A stretch of 64,000 bases of DNA from Octopus vulgaris. Taxonomy: Eukaryota. The stretch covers positions 12,586,001-12,650,000 of the forward strand of contig OX597828.1 of the NCBI GenBank assembly GCA_951406725.2, written 5' to 3'. This document shows, piece after piece, positions 12,420 through 25,909 of this stretch. The notes beneath the pieces were generated by a model. That model saw only the letters and a list, made by a program, of their open reading frames with translations, made no database searches and was not told where the DNA came from. The position numbers were made by a program, and so were the translations under genes. The first letter of the stretch is position 1, and every line of letters begins with the position of its first letter.

Positions 12420-13189
12420 TTAGCAATTAAGTAAGAATGCCAAGACACAGCTGGAAGTAAATGTGGAGCACATAATATTTTTATCCTCTTTTAATCGCAT
12501 GAAAATTCTTCTGTAGGAGACCAAGAATGAAGTTTAGAGATGCAGCTGCTGATCTTAAATCTTTGTAAGATAAATTCACAGAATCACAGGAAACTTTCAG
12601 TGAAGAACCACTTAAACAGGAGAAATGGGAAACGCGGAACGAACATTGAAATTACGAAAATACATGGTAAAAGAATTCCCTGGTAAAATCCAGTTGATGT
12701 TAGGTTGTTGAGAAATTCTTTCATAATAAAGGACGTTAGTGCTGCCATTATCACAGAAATAAGGGAAAGGTTTTTCCCGAGTATGAGAATCAGGTTCATA
12801 ATTTAATTTTTACTAGATGGAAAAAATATAGCGTCTGGAAATTTCGGAAACAGGAGATTGTTATAGGAATTATCTGATTTGGAAATAATCTGTCCTAATG
12901 ATATTTCACATGGAAATTAGAAACTGTAGAATGTTGCCCATATTCTTTATTCTTTCATTCTTTTTATACTTGCTTCAGTCATTTGACTGCGGCCATGCTG
13001 GAGCACAGCCTTTAGTCGAGCAAATCGGTCCCAAGACTTATTCTTTGTAAGCCTAGTACTTATTCTGTTGGTCTCTTTTGCCGAACCGCTAAGTTACGGG
13101 GGCGTAAACACACCAGCATCGGTTGTCAAGCGATGTTGGAGGGATAAGCACAGACACACAAACATAAACACACACATACACACACACAT

Positions 13190-13248
<59 letters not shown>

Positions 13249-13540
13249 CGACGGGCTTCTTTCAGTTTCCGTCTACCAACTCCACTCACAAGGTTTTGGT
13301 CGGCTCGAGGCTATAGTATAAGACACTTGCCCAAGGTGCCACGCAGTGAGACTGAACCCAGAACCACGTGGTTGGTAAGCAAGCTACTTACCACACACCC
13401 ACATAGACATAAAACCGATTTTCCCGATATAAAGTTTGCATCTGATTTAGTAACAAGTTCAATTTCATATGATGAATATGTTACTTTTAAAAACTTAAGA
13501 ATCGCTGTGCAGATTTAATTAACAGTTGATGATTCTTTTC
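12420..13540 (+). mobile_element. decayed hAT transposase C-terminus, interrupted by SINE A
   Basis: PRMKFRDAAADLKSL, EIRERF, FLLD, EIRNCRML, and dimerisation-domain-like ISYDEYVTFKNLRIAVQI.LTV. Confidence 0.55.
12960..13402 (-). mobile_element. SINE family A
   Basis: near-full reverse-complement A body. Confidence 0.92.
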
Positions 13541-14006
13541 ATCCCTATGAAGGATCCTTCAGTAGGCTGCAATTTATTCTTATACACTTTTATACAATCT
13601 TATTGACACTTACTCAAGAACGACTTTGTGTTTTGGCAACGTAAAATATTGAAAAACAAACACGTACTTAATATCTCTAATTTTGATTGCATAATCAATA
13701 CATGTGCAGTAAAAAATTCGGAAACGGTCACGAGTATAGTAATAATAAAAACCAAATTGGTCGAGGTAAGTTCATTCAGTTTTGTGAAGTAATACAATTT
13801 GTTATTTGTAAAATGATATGTTATCAATACATGTCTTAAACCAGATATGTCACAGATGAATGACTTCACATGAAAACATTAGTTTCAACACTAGAATTAT
13901 AGTCTGCATACTTGCGACACCACTCTCTCCAAGTGAATTTGAATAATACTGGAAGACATAAATATCTGAATGGTTTACAATTTATGTAAATACATCGCGT
14001 AAGTTA

Positions 14007-14553
14007 TTGGGTTGTCCGGAAAGTTCGTGCCGATATTTAAAGGAAAGAAAACAGTCAATAAATACTTGCCATTACATTTTTAATCAAACAAATATGAACC
14101 ATTTTGTTGCACAATGCATCGCCATCTTTCCTTTAACTTGAAAATACGCTCTTCCCAGAATTGGGGTGGTTTCATGGCAAAGAATTCATCTAGGTATCTT
14201 TTTACGTCATCCAAGGAATTGAAATTTTTACCTGAAGAGACCTGGATAAGTGGAAATCCGAAGGAGCAATATCTGGTGAATATGGAGGGTGGGGTAACAT
14301 ATCCCAGCCGAGCTGCAGCAATTTTTGTCTGGTTCCCAAAGCATCAACTGCCGAAAATGAACTTTCTTATCTTCCATTTTAAAAGGTTACAGAAATAACA
14401 CAGATTATAGGAACCTTCTTCCACGATAAGCTAGCTTAAACTGTGCTCTAAATGGAGGTGTAGTCAAATCCTATTTCATGGACTCAACCATGTTCTAAAA
14501 TAAGTCGAAAGGTAAGCTACTATAAATCGGCACGAACTTTCTAGATAACCCAA
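14007..14553 (-). mobile_element. non-autonomous mariner, copy 2
   Basis: same TIRs, TA TSD and internal deletion junction as copy 1. Confidence 0.93.
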
Positions 14554-14933
14554 TATATTTTACTAGTAGTTTTTCTTGAACAAAATACTTCATTCTACGT
14601 TGCTTCAGTTCACGGACTAGCATCCCGTTCCAGATGGGGGTGTTATGGTCTCAATCACTCGTATGCCTTGTAAACTATGCGACTGAGCTTATGAATCATA
14701 CGATTTAGAACAGTAATGTCAAGGGATGACATTTACATTTTTATTTATGTTGTATAACTTTGGGTCTGCTTAAGGTGGCAATCCTTACTGTTGTGATCTG
14801 TGGGTAAATAATGAAGCACATGGAACATTTCAGAGATGTAAGGATGCCAAAAATGTCTTTGAATCGGCTATCAAGAGCCTTTGCTGCGTCAATAGAAGCA
14901 TCCCTGAGTTTCAAATTGTTACATACGTAATGT

Positions 14934-15090
14934 GGTTTCAAATTTCAGTACAAAGCCAGCAATTTCGGAGTAGGGAATAAGTCGAATGAAAGGCAAAGTC
15001 GACCATGGCGGAACTGAACTCAGAACGCGAAGACGTACGAAATGCCGTTAAGCATGTCATCCGGCGCGTTAACGATTCTGCCAGCTTGTT
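14934..15090 (-). mobile_element. SINE family B, internally deleted
   Basis: AAGGCAAAGTCGACC..GAACTCAGAACG..TCTGCCAGCT. Confidence 0.8.
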
Positions 15091-15430
15091 ACTTAGATAT
15101 GTGAAATCTCTTTAAGGGAGATCAACCAACAGACAGACAGACAGAGGCTAGAAGACTGCAACGACGATCACTAGGAATATATATGTGTGCGGGTGCATAC
15201 GTACGCACGAAAAATAAAGAGCACATCTGTGTAAGTGTGCACTGTGTGTGCATCTGTGTGCATGTGTATGCAAAACGATGTTGATTATGATGCATATCAA
15301 CAATACAACAAAAAGGAAGTGTACAGCATTCTAAATACATCCATGCGGTAGGATCACACATATGTAAAACAGCTGAAAGACCTCGATTAACTGAGAAGAT
15401 TTATTAAATACGTGCAGTAAAACTCCCTGT

Positions 15431-15756
15431 GTGGAGGCGCAATGGCCCAGTGGTTAGGGCTGCGGACACGCGGTCGAAGGATCGCGGTTTCGATTCCCAG
15501 ACCAGACGTTGTGTGTGTTTATTGAGCGAAAACACCTAAAGCTGCACGAGGCTCCGGTAAGGGGTGGTGGCGATCCCTGTTGTACCCTTTCGCCCCAACT
15601 TTCTCTCACTCTTTCTTCCTGTTTCTTGAGTAACGCTGCGATGGACTGGCAATTCTCTTCCAGCTGTGGTGGGGGGGGGACACATTCGCCGCAGAAACCG
15701 GGAAATCGGGCCCGTGGGCCTGGTTAGGCTTGAAAAGGGCGAATAAAGAAAATGAA
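15431..15756 (+). mobile_element. SINE family C, tail type 3, intact
   Basis: A/B-box head, CTGCGATGGACTGGC motif; 13-bp TSD TAAAACTCCCTGT (15418-15430/15757-15769). Confidence 0.93.
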
Positions 15757-16081
15757 TAAAACTCCCTGTAGGGGTGTTTAAAATAGAAAATAAAATTAAG
15801 AAAATGAATGCCTTAGCACGAACAAATCTTGTAGCGAAGAATAAAAAGTATTGACTTGGCAAGAAACTACAGGTTTTTATTACTTGCTTGAATTTAATTG
15901 ATAAGTTGTTTACAAGATGTTTAAGCCAATACTTTCAAGATCATTGCTATTCAAACCAGACAATGACAGATGAGCAGTTGGGTGGATAGAAAAGAATGGG
16001 TTGTGGGGAGCAGACTTTTAATGACTTTTAATTAATAAAGGTGTGCTGTCTGAAGTAAAAGAGAAAAAATAATAATGATGA

Positions 16082-16418
16082 TGAGAAAAAGGTGGAGGAA
16101 AATTAGGAGGGTGAGGGAGGGGAGGAGGATTGGGAGGAGGAGGAGAGGCGGCGGCGGCGGTGGGGAGAAGGCGAGGAGGAGGAGGAAGAGGAAGGTTGGG
16201 AGGAGGGGTGGTAGAGGAGGAAAATGGGGAGGAGGAGAGGGAGGAGGGGGGGAAAGGAAGGAGGAGGAAAAGGGAAGGTGGTTTAGGAGGAGGAGGAGGG
16301 GAGGAGGGAAGGAAAGGGAAGGAGGAGGGGAGGAAGAGGAAAAGGAAGGAGGAGGACAGAAGAAGAAGAATGAACGAATGAATGAATGAATGAATGAATG
16401 AATGAATGAATGAATGGA
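16082..16418. repeat. purine-rich (GGA)n-like tract plus (GAAT)n
   Basis: direct inspection. Confidence 0.9.
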
Positions 16419-16423
16419 TGGAC

Positions 16424-16437
16424 GTTACCGTAGCAAC
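16424..16437. promoter_or_regulatory. RFX X-box-like motif
   Basis: GTTACCGTAGCAAC fits GTNRCC-N2-RGYAAC; function unproven. Confidence 0.3.
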
Positions 16438-16813
16438 GTTGTGGCAGAATGTAAAGTGAGCGCTAACATTGATGATGTTGTAAGTTGGGAATTATTTTAA
16501 TTAATTAAAATGTAATTTAAAATGATTAAAAATTCTTAGACCTTAGTGAGAAGAAAACTTTATTATCGTGATGATTAATTTTGGTCAAGAAAGGATACAA
16601 AGACAACCTTAGGGTTTTAATTAATTTAGATTAATTAATTATAGAATGCGGTGAAGAGTTTGTCAGACGTTTGGCAGGGCTGAGATAATTGCAGGCATGT
16701 TTCGACTTTATTACACCTCATTATCAAATCACAGTAAAACCATGATAGCAGATGTTAGAATAACTGTGTCGCAAAGTAACTTTAAATACTTTGGATCGAC
16801 TGTTGCGTGAAAT

Positions 16814-17030
16814 ATTGGTTTCAAATTTTGGCACATCGCAGCCAGTTTCGGGGGAAGGAGCGAAATCGATTACATAGACCCCAGTGCTCAGCTTGTACTT
16901 ATTTTATCGAGCTAGAAAGAGTGAAAGGCAAAATCGACCCCAGCGTGAATTGAACTCGGAACGTAAAGACGAACGAAATGCCTCTATGTATTTTGCTTGG
17001 CGAATTAACGATTCTGCCAGCTCGCTGCCT
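16814..17030 (-). mobile_element. SINE family B (alternative tail)
   Basis: GGTTTCAAATTTTGGCAC..TCTGCCAGCTCGCTGCC. Confidence 0.85.
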
Positions 17031-18260
17031 TACTATTGCATGAAATATTAATAGTAAAGAACGTTAATATACTTGATGCAGTGAGCCAGGGAATTTTGCG
17101 AATTTAATTACCCTCTGAGTGATGAAAAAGATTAAGATTATCCTCTTAATCATTAACTCAGATCTAGAATATCAAGGGAGACAACCCTGAGATTTGCATG
17201 GACGTGAGTCTCATATTTGGTAATGTGGTCTTTTCCTTCTAATTGGACGCCATCAACCAGCCTTTCTATGACAGTAAGATATTAGAATGAATTCACAAGA
17301 TATACTATTTTTATGAATAAAAAATTGTGTGGTGTGATATTTCAAAAGAATGATTGACCAATTGTAATTAAGGGCTACTTTGAATTAATTATGATTTCTT
17401 AGCTCACTATATTATGTTAGCACCACTTTGATGTCAATGATTTATACTCCAAGAAACCCTACGTATTTTTCCCAGTCATTCCTGTAATAATATAGTACAG
17501 AACAGCCAGCCTTCATCGCGAGAGGGTATAGTTTTGGGAACAGGTACCATGCTTTCGGTAATAGTTTTAGGTGTCTATGTTGTCGCGAGAGGACATAAAA
17601 CACCTTCTCGATCCCCTTACTCTTGACTCAACGGAATATCCAGCTTGTTACATGCTGGAGACAGAGTAGACTGTACCAGCATCCAGCTGGTATTCATTAC
17701 AACTGAGCAGTGGGCTGGAATAGCACGAAATAAAATACCTTGTTCGAGAAAACTAAGTGCCGGGCGGTGAAGGGATTGAACACCCGAACCTATGATCATC
17801 AGACGAACACCCTAACCACAAGGCCACATCCTCTCACTTTGACAGTATATCATGATTACAAAAAGAAACGTAAGAATCTCTCTTGGTTGCTGTCATCGAA
17901 AGGATTACCAAAACCTTGTCACCCACCCCACTCTTGTAACACAAAACGCAACGATTGTCTCTGAAGCCATAATTTTCCGAAAGATATATTCTAAGGAAAC
18001 AGTTTTCAATTTATTTTAACATAAGATCTACTTTCATTTCATTTAAAGATATCCTATGATTATACGTTTGGATCTACAAGAAACGCCACTGAAAACTATA
18101 ATTATTTTGTCGACGCTCTTAACATCAAACCTAAGATTTCTGTGAAACCGCTGAAGTTAATAACATATTTAGTTGATATAGAGGTGGAAATTAACCCAAA
18201 GAAAAGTTCATATTTGATAGTTGAAAGTGTAAAGAAAATCGTTTCCCAAACGAAAACATC

Positions 18261-18502
18261 AATAGTGTCTCAAACTTGCCAATAATATCTTTGTCTTACT
18301 AACAATGTCTCAATCTTTCCAATAGTGTTTCAGTTTTACTAAGAGTGTCTCAATCTTGCCAATAGTGTCTCAAATTTGCCAATAGTGTCTCAATTTTGCC
18401 AATAGTGTCTCAATTTCGCTAAGAGTGTCTCAGTCTTGCCAATTGTGTCCCAATCTTGCCAAAATTGTCTCATTCTTGCCAATAGTGTTTCGATCTTGCC
18501 AA
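18261..18502. repeat. 20-bp minisatellite, 12 units (AATAGTGTCTCAATCTTGCC)
   Basis: units in exact 20-bp register. Confidence 0.92.
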
Positions 18503-18534
18503 CCGCATACATCGAGTGGTACAAATATATCTTT

Positions 18535-18800
18535 ATTCATTTAAGCCGTTCGTTCCCTATGGTAACATCGGCGACTTTTCCCCACTATTCTCAACTTTGA
18601 GCTGTCTTTTCTGTTTTTCTCCAGTTGGATCACTGCTTAGTCAGCTCTGCCTCAGCATCCTGACTCCCTCTATATCAGGATGTCTTTTCCGCCTCCTTTG
18701 TGGACGCTATGACAGGGTTTGACGTGTAAAGCAGAAAATTGTTTTCCCTAGAATTGGCCCTTGCGATTCAGGATCTCGTCTTTCCACCAGTAATTGCTCC
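18535..18800 (-). mobile_element. decayed RTE LINE 3' end
   Basis: PQRRRKRHP..EAEL..NW..EKTAQ-like remnant. Confidence 0.45.
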
Positions 18801-20050
18801 CACTTCTGCCAATAAATACCTAGGTGTTAATGAAAATATATCATGCAAAATGCTAGGAACGAAGATTGACGAAACAAATTTATGCTAGATGTTTTTAAAA
18901 TATTGGAGTCAGGTGTCTGTTTTACGTGTCAATGTTCCACAATGCATTTTCAGCATCAGTAGTGATATTGCAAAATATATTGTCGGGCACTTAACTGGCC
19001 TATAGAAGAAATCGTTTGAGGTACTTGACTAATCTATCAAGGAAATTCCTATTCATAGGTATTACAACCGGGAAGATCCATACAACTTCCAGAAGCTTCC
19101 ACAAAAATAGTAATATCAATATACACTATCTCCCAACCGAGGGCAGTTTTGTATTGTATCACTTAGACAGCACTTGAGAAAAAAAGGAACAGATCAACTA
19201 TAGCCACCAAGTGATCAAAAGAGAGAAAACAAAATCGTAGGATTCGAGGATAAAATCTTTAAGATATACATGCGACCCAGGAACTGTTCAACAAAAATAC
19301 CTCAAAGATGATTTGGAAGAGTAATACGAGTTATATGCCAAAGAGGCGATGTTTCTCTGAAACTTGCAAATAACGTCAGTATCAGCTCTAGTCATCAACT
19401 TACCTGAACGTTGACTGTCACTCAACGTCAAACCATGAAAGATATTCTTTTGATATCCAAGATCAAGAGACAACTGCTAAGTGATTATTAAACGAAAGCG
19501 ACAGATAAGCATTTAAACCTTTCGAGAAGGTCAAATATCAGATATACGTGAAAGATGTCATAGAATATACGATTTGTCGCAGTTTCTTTGGCGTAGGTAA
19601 TTTGACACAGTTGACTGGACTTGTTTTGGAAACTATGTTTTTGCCTTAGCAGGTAACATGCGCACGTCTGTATATGGATATAGATATATATATATATATA
19701 TACAGAAAGAAAGAGAGAGAAAGAGGGAAAGAGAGAAAGAGAGAGAGAAGGTTTGCAATTTATCAATTGAACACGATTGACAGAAACACTTTCTTCTCTT
19801 CATAAGCATACAAGAAGAGAGAGAGAGAGAGAAGTGGTGGGGAAACAAGAGAAGTATTAAAATGTCTGCTGTCAAATAAGTCAGCATCGAATCAGCCAAA
19901 TAAGCGGCGCCTGAACGGCTGTGTATAACCGCCTCATACACTTTACAAAATCAGTAACTGCTCTAATACTGTCATGCGATATGGCGGTACCCCAGGATGG
20001 CTACAGTCAAAAGACTGAAACAAGTTGAAGAAAAAAAAGATAACAGATAT

Positions 20051-20285
20051 GTGGAGGCGCAATGGCCCAGTGGTTAGGGCAGCAGACTCGCGGTCATAAG
20101 ATCGCGGTTTCGATTCCCAGACCGGGCGTTGTGAGTGTTTATTGAGCGAAAACACCTAAACGCTCCACGAGGCTCTGGCAGGGGATGGTGGTGATCCCTG
20201 CTGTACTCTTTCACCACAATAAAAATGGCGGTGCCCCAGCATGGCCACAGCTCATGAACTGAAACTAAAAAATCAAAATCAAAAT
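20051..20285 (+). mobile_element. SINE family C head with family-A-like tail (type 4)
   Basis: C head then GGCGGTGCCCCAGCATGGCCACAGC..ACTGAAAC; TSD CAGATATG. Confidence 0.85.
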
Positions 20286-20868
20286 CAGATATGATATTAT
20301 TGCTTACATGATATGCAAATGCCATAAGAAGAACTGCACTGGAACAAATATACACATATTTGTAATGTATGGCATTCGAATACATAGAGTATGACGAAGA
20401 TCTTACCATCAAAACTTCCACTAAATCCATACACATACACGGAAAATCTGACACAGTTGTTTGGAACAGAAAGCTTAAAGGATGCATGGTTGAGGACGTT
20501 AGTTAACCAGTAGCTTGTGAACATTTCACTCAAAATTACTAAAATGTGAAAAAGAAAAGATTGTCGACTGCTCCGAAAGCTATAACTTCTCTAAGCAACA
20601 AATGAATTTACTGCGCCATTGGTGCACTTGTGTTTAAGTATTGGCCTGGAAAAATCTGAGATTTTCAGGAAAGGAAAGACACTGTTTAACACGTAATTCA
20701 ATATCTTAGCGGAACAGTGAAAATATGCAAGGCATTTTTTATTTTTAATTCAACATGTCATTCTTTACTCTTGGTTAAATTCTGATGACAGCAGCAACTG
20801 TCTCTTAGAATGAAATGTTTTGTTTATGAAGAGATTTCAAAGAATTGGTGAAGCAAGAATTACAAAAG

Positions 20869-20870
<2 letters not shown>

Positions 20871-20944
<74 letters not shown>

Positions 20945-21135
20945 GGATGGATGGATGGATGGATGGATGGATGGATGGATTGGTGTGTAGGGAGATTGAA
21001 CGACAGATAGACTGATAGCTTGATTAATCGATTGATAGATTAATTGATTGATAGATTGGTTGATTGATTCATTGATTCATTGATTCATTCATTCATTGTT
21101 TATTTGATAGATTGATTGATTGGTTGATTGACTGA
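20871..21135. repeat. (GATA)n/(GGAT)n/(GATT)n microsatellite
   Basis: direct inspection. Confidence 0.95.
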
Positions 21136-21344
21136 TTTCAAGAACTACTAGTTTATGAAGTCAATAACTTGAATGTTAATATGACAGTTAGTAATATCCA
21201 GAACTACCAAATCTGTCATGTTAATCTTTTACACTGATATTATTTCTCCCATTACTAAGTCACGTTGCACAGAAAAAATATATAGTACAGAGTGGTAGCA
21301 ATTATAATAATCTATTTTTAAAAGAATTACTATATAGAATACGT

Positions 21345-21550
21345 TTTTTATCTTTTATCTGTTTCAGTAAATGGACTGCGGCCAAGCTGAGGCACTGCCT
21401 CGAAGGGTTTAGTCGAACACATCGTCCCGATTACTTGTTTTATTAGTTTGGTACTTATCCTATTGGTCACTTTGCCGAACCGCTGTGTTACAGGGGCGTG
21501 AACAGCAAACCAGCACCAGCTGTCAAGCGATAGAGGTGGACAAACATACA
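21345..21550 (-). mobile_element. SINE family A 3' half
   Basis: diverged A tail. Confidence 0.8.
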
Positions 21551-21555
21551 AATAC

Positions 21556-21616
<61 letters not shown>

Positions 21617-21633
21617 CGCAGACGTGGCTTAAA

Positions 21634-22068
21634 GGCGCAGGAGTGGCTGTGTGGTAAGTAGCTTGTTTACCAACCACATGGTTTTGGGTTCAATCCCACT
21701 GCGTGGCACCTTGGGCAAGTGTCTTCTACTATAGCCTCGAGCCGACCAAAGCCGTATGAGTGGATTTGGTAGACGTAAACTGAAAGAAGCCCGTCGTATA
21801 TATGTGTGTGTGCGTTTGCGTGTGTGTGTTCGTGCGTGCGTGTGTGTATATGTGCGTCTTTGCATTTGTGTTTGTCCCTATACCACCACTTGACAACCGG
21901 TTCTAGTGCGTACATCCATATTAACTAGCGGTTCGGCAAAAGAGACCGACAGAATAAGTACCACGCTTTAAAAAGTAAATATTGGAATCGATTCATTCGA
22001 CTAACAAAAACTATCCACAGCGGTGCTCCAGTATGGCCGCAGTCAAATGACTGAAACAGGAAAAGGAT
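21634..22068 (+). mobile_element. SINE family A, full length
   Basis: GGCGCAGGAGTGGCTGTGTGG..GGTTCAATCCC..GACTGAAAC. Confidence 0.92.
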
Positions 22069-22181
22069 AATAGAAAAGATATATGTATATGTGTGTATAT
22101 ATATGCACAACGTGCTTGTCTCCGTTTGCGTTTACCAAATCCATTCTAATGACATTGGTCGGCCTGGAGCTATAGTAGAAG

Positions 22182-22594
22182 TTTTTTTATTGCCCACAAG
22201 GGGCTACACACAGAGGGGACAATCAAGGACAGACAAAGGGATTAAGTCGGTAACATCGACTTCAGTGCGTTTAACTGGTACTTAATTTATCGACCCCGAA
22301 AAGAAGAAAGGCAAAGTCGACCTCGGCGGAATTGGAACTCAGAACGCAACAGCAGACGAAATACCTATTTCTTTACTACCCACAGGGGCTAAACACAGAG
22401 AGGACAAACAAGGACAGACAAACGGATTAAGTCGATTATATCGACCCCAGTGCGTAACTGGTACTTAATTTATCGACCCCGAAAGGATGAAAGGCAAAGT
22501 CGACCTCGGCGGAATTTGAACTCAGAACGTAACGGCAGACGAAATACGGCTACGCATTTCGCCTGGCGTGCTAACGTTTCTGCCAGCTCGCCGC
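22182..22594 (-). mobile_element. SINE family B dimer inserted in an old SINE A head (22115-22690)
   Basis: 12-bp TSD CTATAGTAGAAG (22170-22181/22595-22606). Confidence 0.92.
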
Positions 22595-23044
22595 CTATAG
22601 TAGAAGATATTTTTGCAAGGTGCTATGCAGCAGGACTGAACGCAAGACTACGTCACTGAGAAGCATGCTTGTTAACCACACAGCCACACCTGCCAACTAC
22701 AACGAGTATATTCGACATTGTTAATTATCTTTTCCAAAAAAAAATATCATTAATTAGTGGGGGGGGGCAATGTTTTAAAGCTTGGTACACTCAAAGTGGG
22801 TAATTGTAGCCCTATATTATGGTAAAACTTAAATGAATGTAAATAATTCAAGTGGTGCAATTAATTTTATGCAGTATTTGAATTTATTCGCGTTACGTTT
22901 GCCGAAGCAGAACATGACCGTTAAATTAAAGTAACTGATATCGAAGCACAATGACAAAAGCATAGAGGGAAAAAAAATTTATTATCATCATCATCATCAT
23001 CATCGTCATTATTATCATCACCATTATTATTATCAGTATTATTA

Positions 23045-23116
<72 letters not shown>

Positions 23117-23119
23117 TTA

Positions 23120-23225
23120 TGTTTGACTTTTGCGTTACATTTGTACAAGTTGGCTTCAAGTCTCACCTAGAGACCTCAAGAGACAACAACTTGGAAGTTC
23201 ATATTGGTGTTATGCCTAGGGTGCC
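23120..23225 (-). mobile_element. short LINE 3' end (R4/Dong-like) embedded in (TAA)n
   Basis: ~105-bp unique insert flanked on both sides by (ATT)n; minus-strand GAGGTCTCTAGGTGAGAC stem-loop. Confidence 0.45.
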
Positions 23226-23265
23226 ATTATTATTATTATCATTATTATTATTATTATTATTATTA

Positions 23266-23296
<31 letters not shown>

Positions 23297-23298
23297 CT

Positions 23299-23672
23299 AA
23301 GTCTAGTTCGCAGAATCGTTAGCACACTGGACGAAATGCTTAGCGGTATTTCGTCTGTCGTTACGTTGTGAGTTCAAATTCCGCCGAGGTCGACTTTGCC
23401 TTTCATCCTTTCGGGGTCGATTAAATAAGTACCAATTACGCACTGGGGTCGATGTAATCGACTTAACCCGTTTGTCGGTACTTGTTTGTCCCCTCTGTAT
23501 TTAGCCCCTTGTGGGTAGTAAAAGAAATAGGTATTTCGCTAAGCATTAACTATGCTCTGATTTCAAATTCTGCCGAGGTCGACATTGGGCGGGGGGGTCG
23601 ATAAAATAAGTACCAGTTGTGTGCTGGGGTCGTCGTAATCGACTATCCCCTCCTCCAAATTTCAGGCCTTGT
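23299..23672 (+). mobile_element. SINE family B, dimeric
   Basis: B body, AAGAAATAGGTATTTCG junction, diverged second unit. Confidence 0.88.
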
Positions 23673-23914
23673 GGCTATATGTTGCTGTTTTTGTTGTTGT
23701 TGTTGTTGCTGTTGTTGAGGAATTTACCTTGCGTCTCCTATGACATGCAATATGTTTTGATTCACAATTCGAGTTCTAATAACGCATCCATCTTATTTGA
23801 TTCATTTCGCCCTTCCATTCCATCTCAGAAACGTGGTCTCTTATTCGTTTCAAGCCTTCATTTCCATTCCAGAGATTGTTTGTACAGGTACGAGTGTGCG
23901 TGTATGTGTGAGTA

Positions 23915-23946
<32 letters not shown>

Positions 23947-25119
23947 GTGTTACACGCGTTTGTGAGGCAATATATTACGGTACATATTAACGGCATTTAG
24001 AGATATCAATTATATCATTGGGATTTAATATATTCGACTTTTCATATTAATATTATAAATGCTATTCCTACAACGAGTATATTGCACTTCTCATATTAAT
24101 CGTATAAATATTATTAATGACATTTGGCGTTATCAATTATTTAATTGAGGTTTAGTTTATAGGACTTTCCCCATTAATTTTATGAATGCTATCATACTCA
24201 ATGAGGCTAAACAGCAACAGCTACAAGTACAACAACAACCACAATAACTACTACTACTACTACTGCTACTGCTGCTGTTGCTGCTACGAAATATAGTACT
24301 TGTTAGTATTCTGATAATCAGGTATATCGCTTAATTCAGTGGCCTTGGGCAAGGTGTAAACTGTGACACAATCGTTTTTCACTCGTCGAATCTATAAATT
24401 GTGATACGATTGTTGTAGATTGCGATAAACTCTACGATTATTGCACCAATTATGATCCCAAAAGACCGATAATTTATTAGCATTTTCAGCATATATAGAT
24501 TATATATTGCGTTTTCAGGCAATGTATTGAATTTTAAGTACATGCTATTTATTGGAATTTCTAAATAGAAGCAATTTTTATCTTATAAATGCAGGCAATT
24601 TACTGAGATTATTAAATGAATCTGCCTCAACGCAAGCAATTTACTGTGTTTTCTAAGAACGAGTAACTCATTTTTTTTTTGTCCAAATACAGTTATCAGT
24701 TTCTCAAATATGTTGCTACTTACCAAATACGCTCTTATCCTTACCAAATATTATGGCACTTAAATGCTCTGTCACCAAATGTTCTGTCGCTCACCAAACA
24801 CTCTACTGTATACCAAATATTCTATCACACATTCTATTATGGTTTGTTCTCTGCATGTGAATCTAATCTTTCTATTTGGCCCCCTGGCTTCCAAACCCCC
24901 GGTGTTATTTTCTTCCGTGTTTTGTATATCAAATTTAGTATCTAGAACTACATTACCAAATATAGCCTTCCTTTGTTGAGATTCGAAAATTTCATAGCCA
25001 GGGCTAGCAGGTCGTTCGATCACATAGAAGTTCTCACACTGGTTTGTTGTTTTAACTGTTATTGTGTTGACAATTGGTAATGGAGTTTCTGAATAATTAA
25101 CTTTAGTGATATATGTTAA

Positions 25120-25508
25120 CTAGCAGTATTGCCCGGCGTTGCTCGGGTTTGTTTTCTTTTCGACCCTTTAGAATTGGAATTTTTGAAAAGTAAAAGTTTT
25201 GCATTATGTAGCTTGTTATTCTCTTTAAGTGAACATTTTTCTAGTTGAAATACACCGGAAAATGGCGATACAACAGTCAAAAAATTGTTAAAAATAGGGA
25301 TTTTCATAGAAAAAAAGCACCTTTTTGATGTAAATAATTTTTGGTTTTATCATGGTCCTATTTGATTTTTATTTTCTACGAATGAAGAACAAGCCTTCTT
25401 CTATCATACTCTCAATTTTGGTCAACTTGCGCCGCAGGGTCTTGGAGGAGATAGTATTAGTTGAAGCCTACCAAACCTGCCACACAAAGACAACTTTATA
25501 TATATAGA
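25120..25508 (-). mobile_element. complete non-autonomous Helitron (~390 bp)
   Basis: minus strand: A|TCTATATATA 5' end; 3' hairpin ACCCGAGCAACGCCGGGC then CTAG|T. Confidence 0.85.
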
Positions 25509-25672
25509 TGATTTGCACACTTGCTCGAACAATGTTGTAAATCTCGTTAGTGGTTTTCTGCTTCTCTCGTCAGTACATTGGTTAGAGAGATGACTGAAGT
25601 CATTGCTTCACTGAGCAGATCTAAATTGACCGGAACACGTCCAGAGTAGACTTTCGTACTTGATGAAATTAG

Positions 25673-25892
25673 TGGTTTCAAATTTTGGCACATGACCAAC
25701 AAGTTCGGGGATGGGGTTAAGTCGATTACATTAACTGGTACTTATTTTCTCGACGGGTACTCATTTTGTCAACCTCGAAAGGATGAAAGACAAAATCAAC
25801 CTCGGCGGAATTTGAACTCAGAACGTAAAGACGGACGAAATGCTGCTAAGTATTTCGCCCTGCTTGCTAACAATTTTACCAGCTCTCCGCCT
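25673..25892 (-). mobile_element. SINE family B
   Basis: CGGCGGAATTTGAACTCAGAACG core. Confidence 0.85.
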
Positions 25893-25909
25893 TATTTATG
25901 ACGTTAATA

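Noticed and set aside
15431-15505. SINE heads as tRNA genes
   Set aside because: A/B boxes are present but acceptor stems are incomplete and the sequence continues into SINE bodies with TSDs.
18261-18502. CRISPR-like array
   Set aside because: Contiguous tandem units without spacers, eukaryotic context, no cas genes.
18900-19620. Possible very old RTE RT relic (also ~1390-1550)
   Set aside because: Only faint KAFD/QGD-like echoes; too decayed to support by eye.
24772-25023. 83-aa minus-strand ORF of ordinary composition
   Set aside because: No recognisable motif or splice sites; it runs into a degenerate ACCAAAT repeat. BLASTX would be needed.
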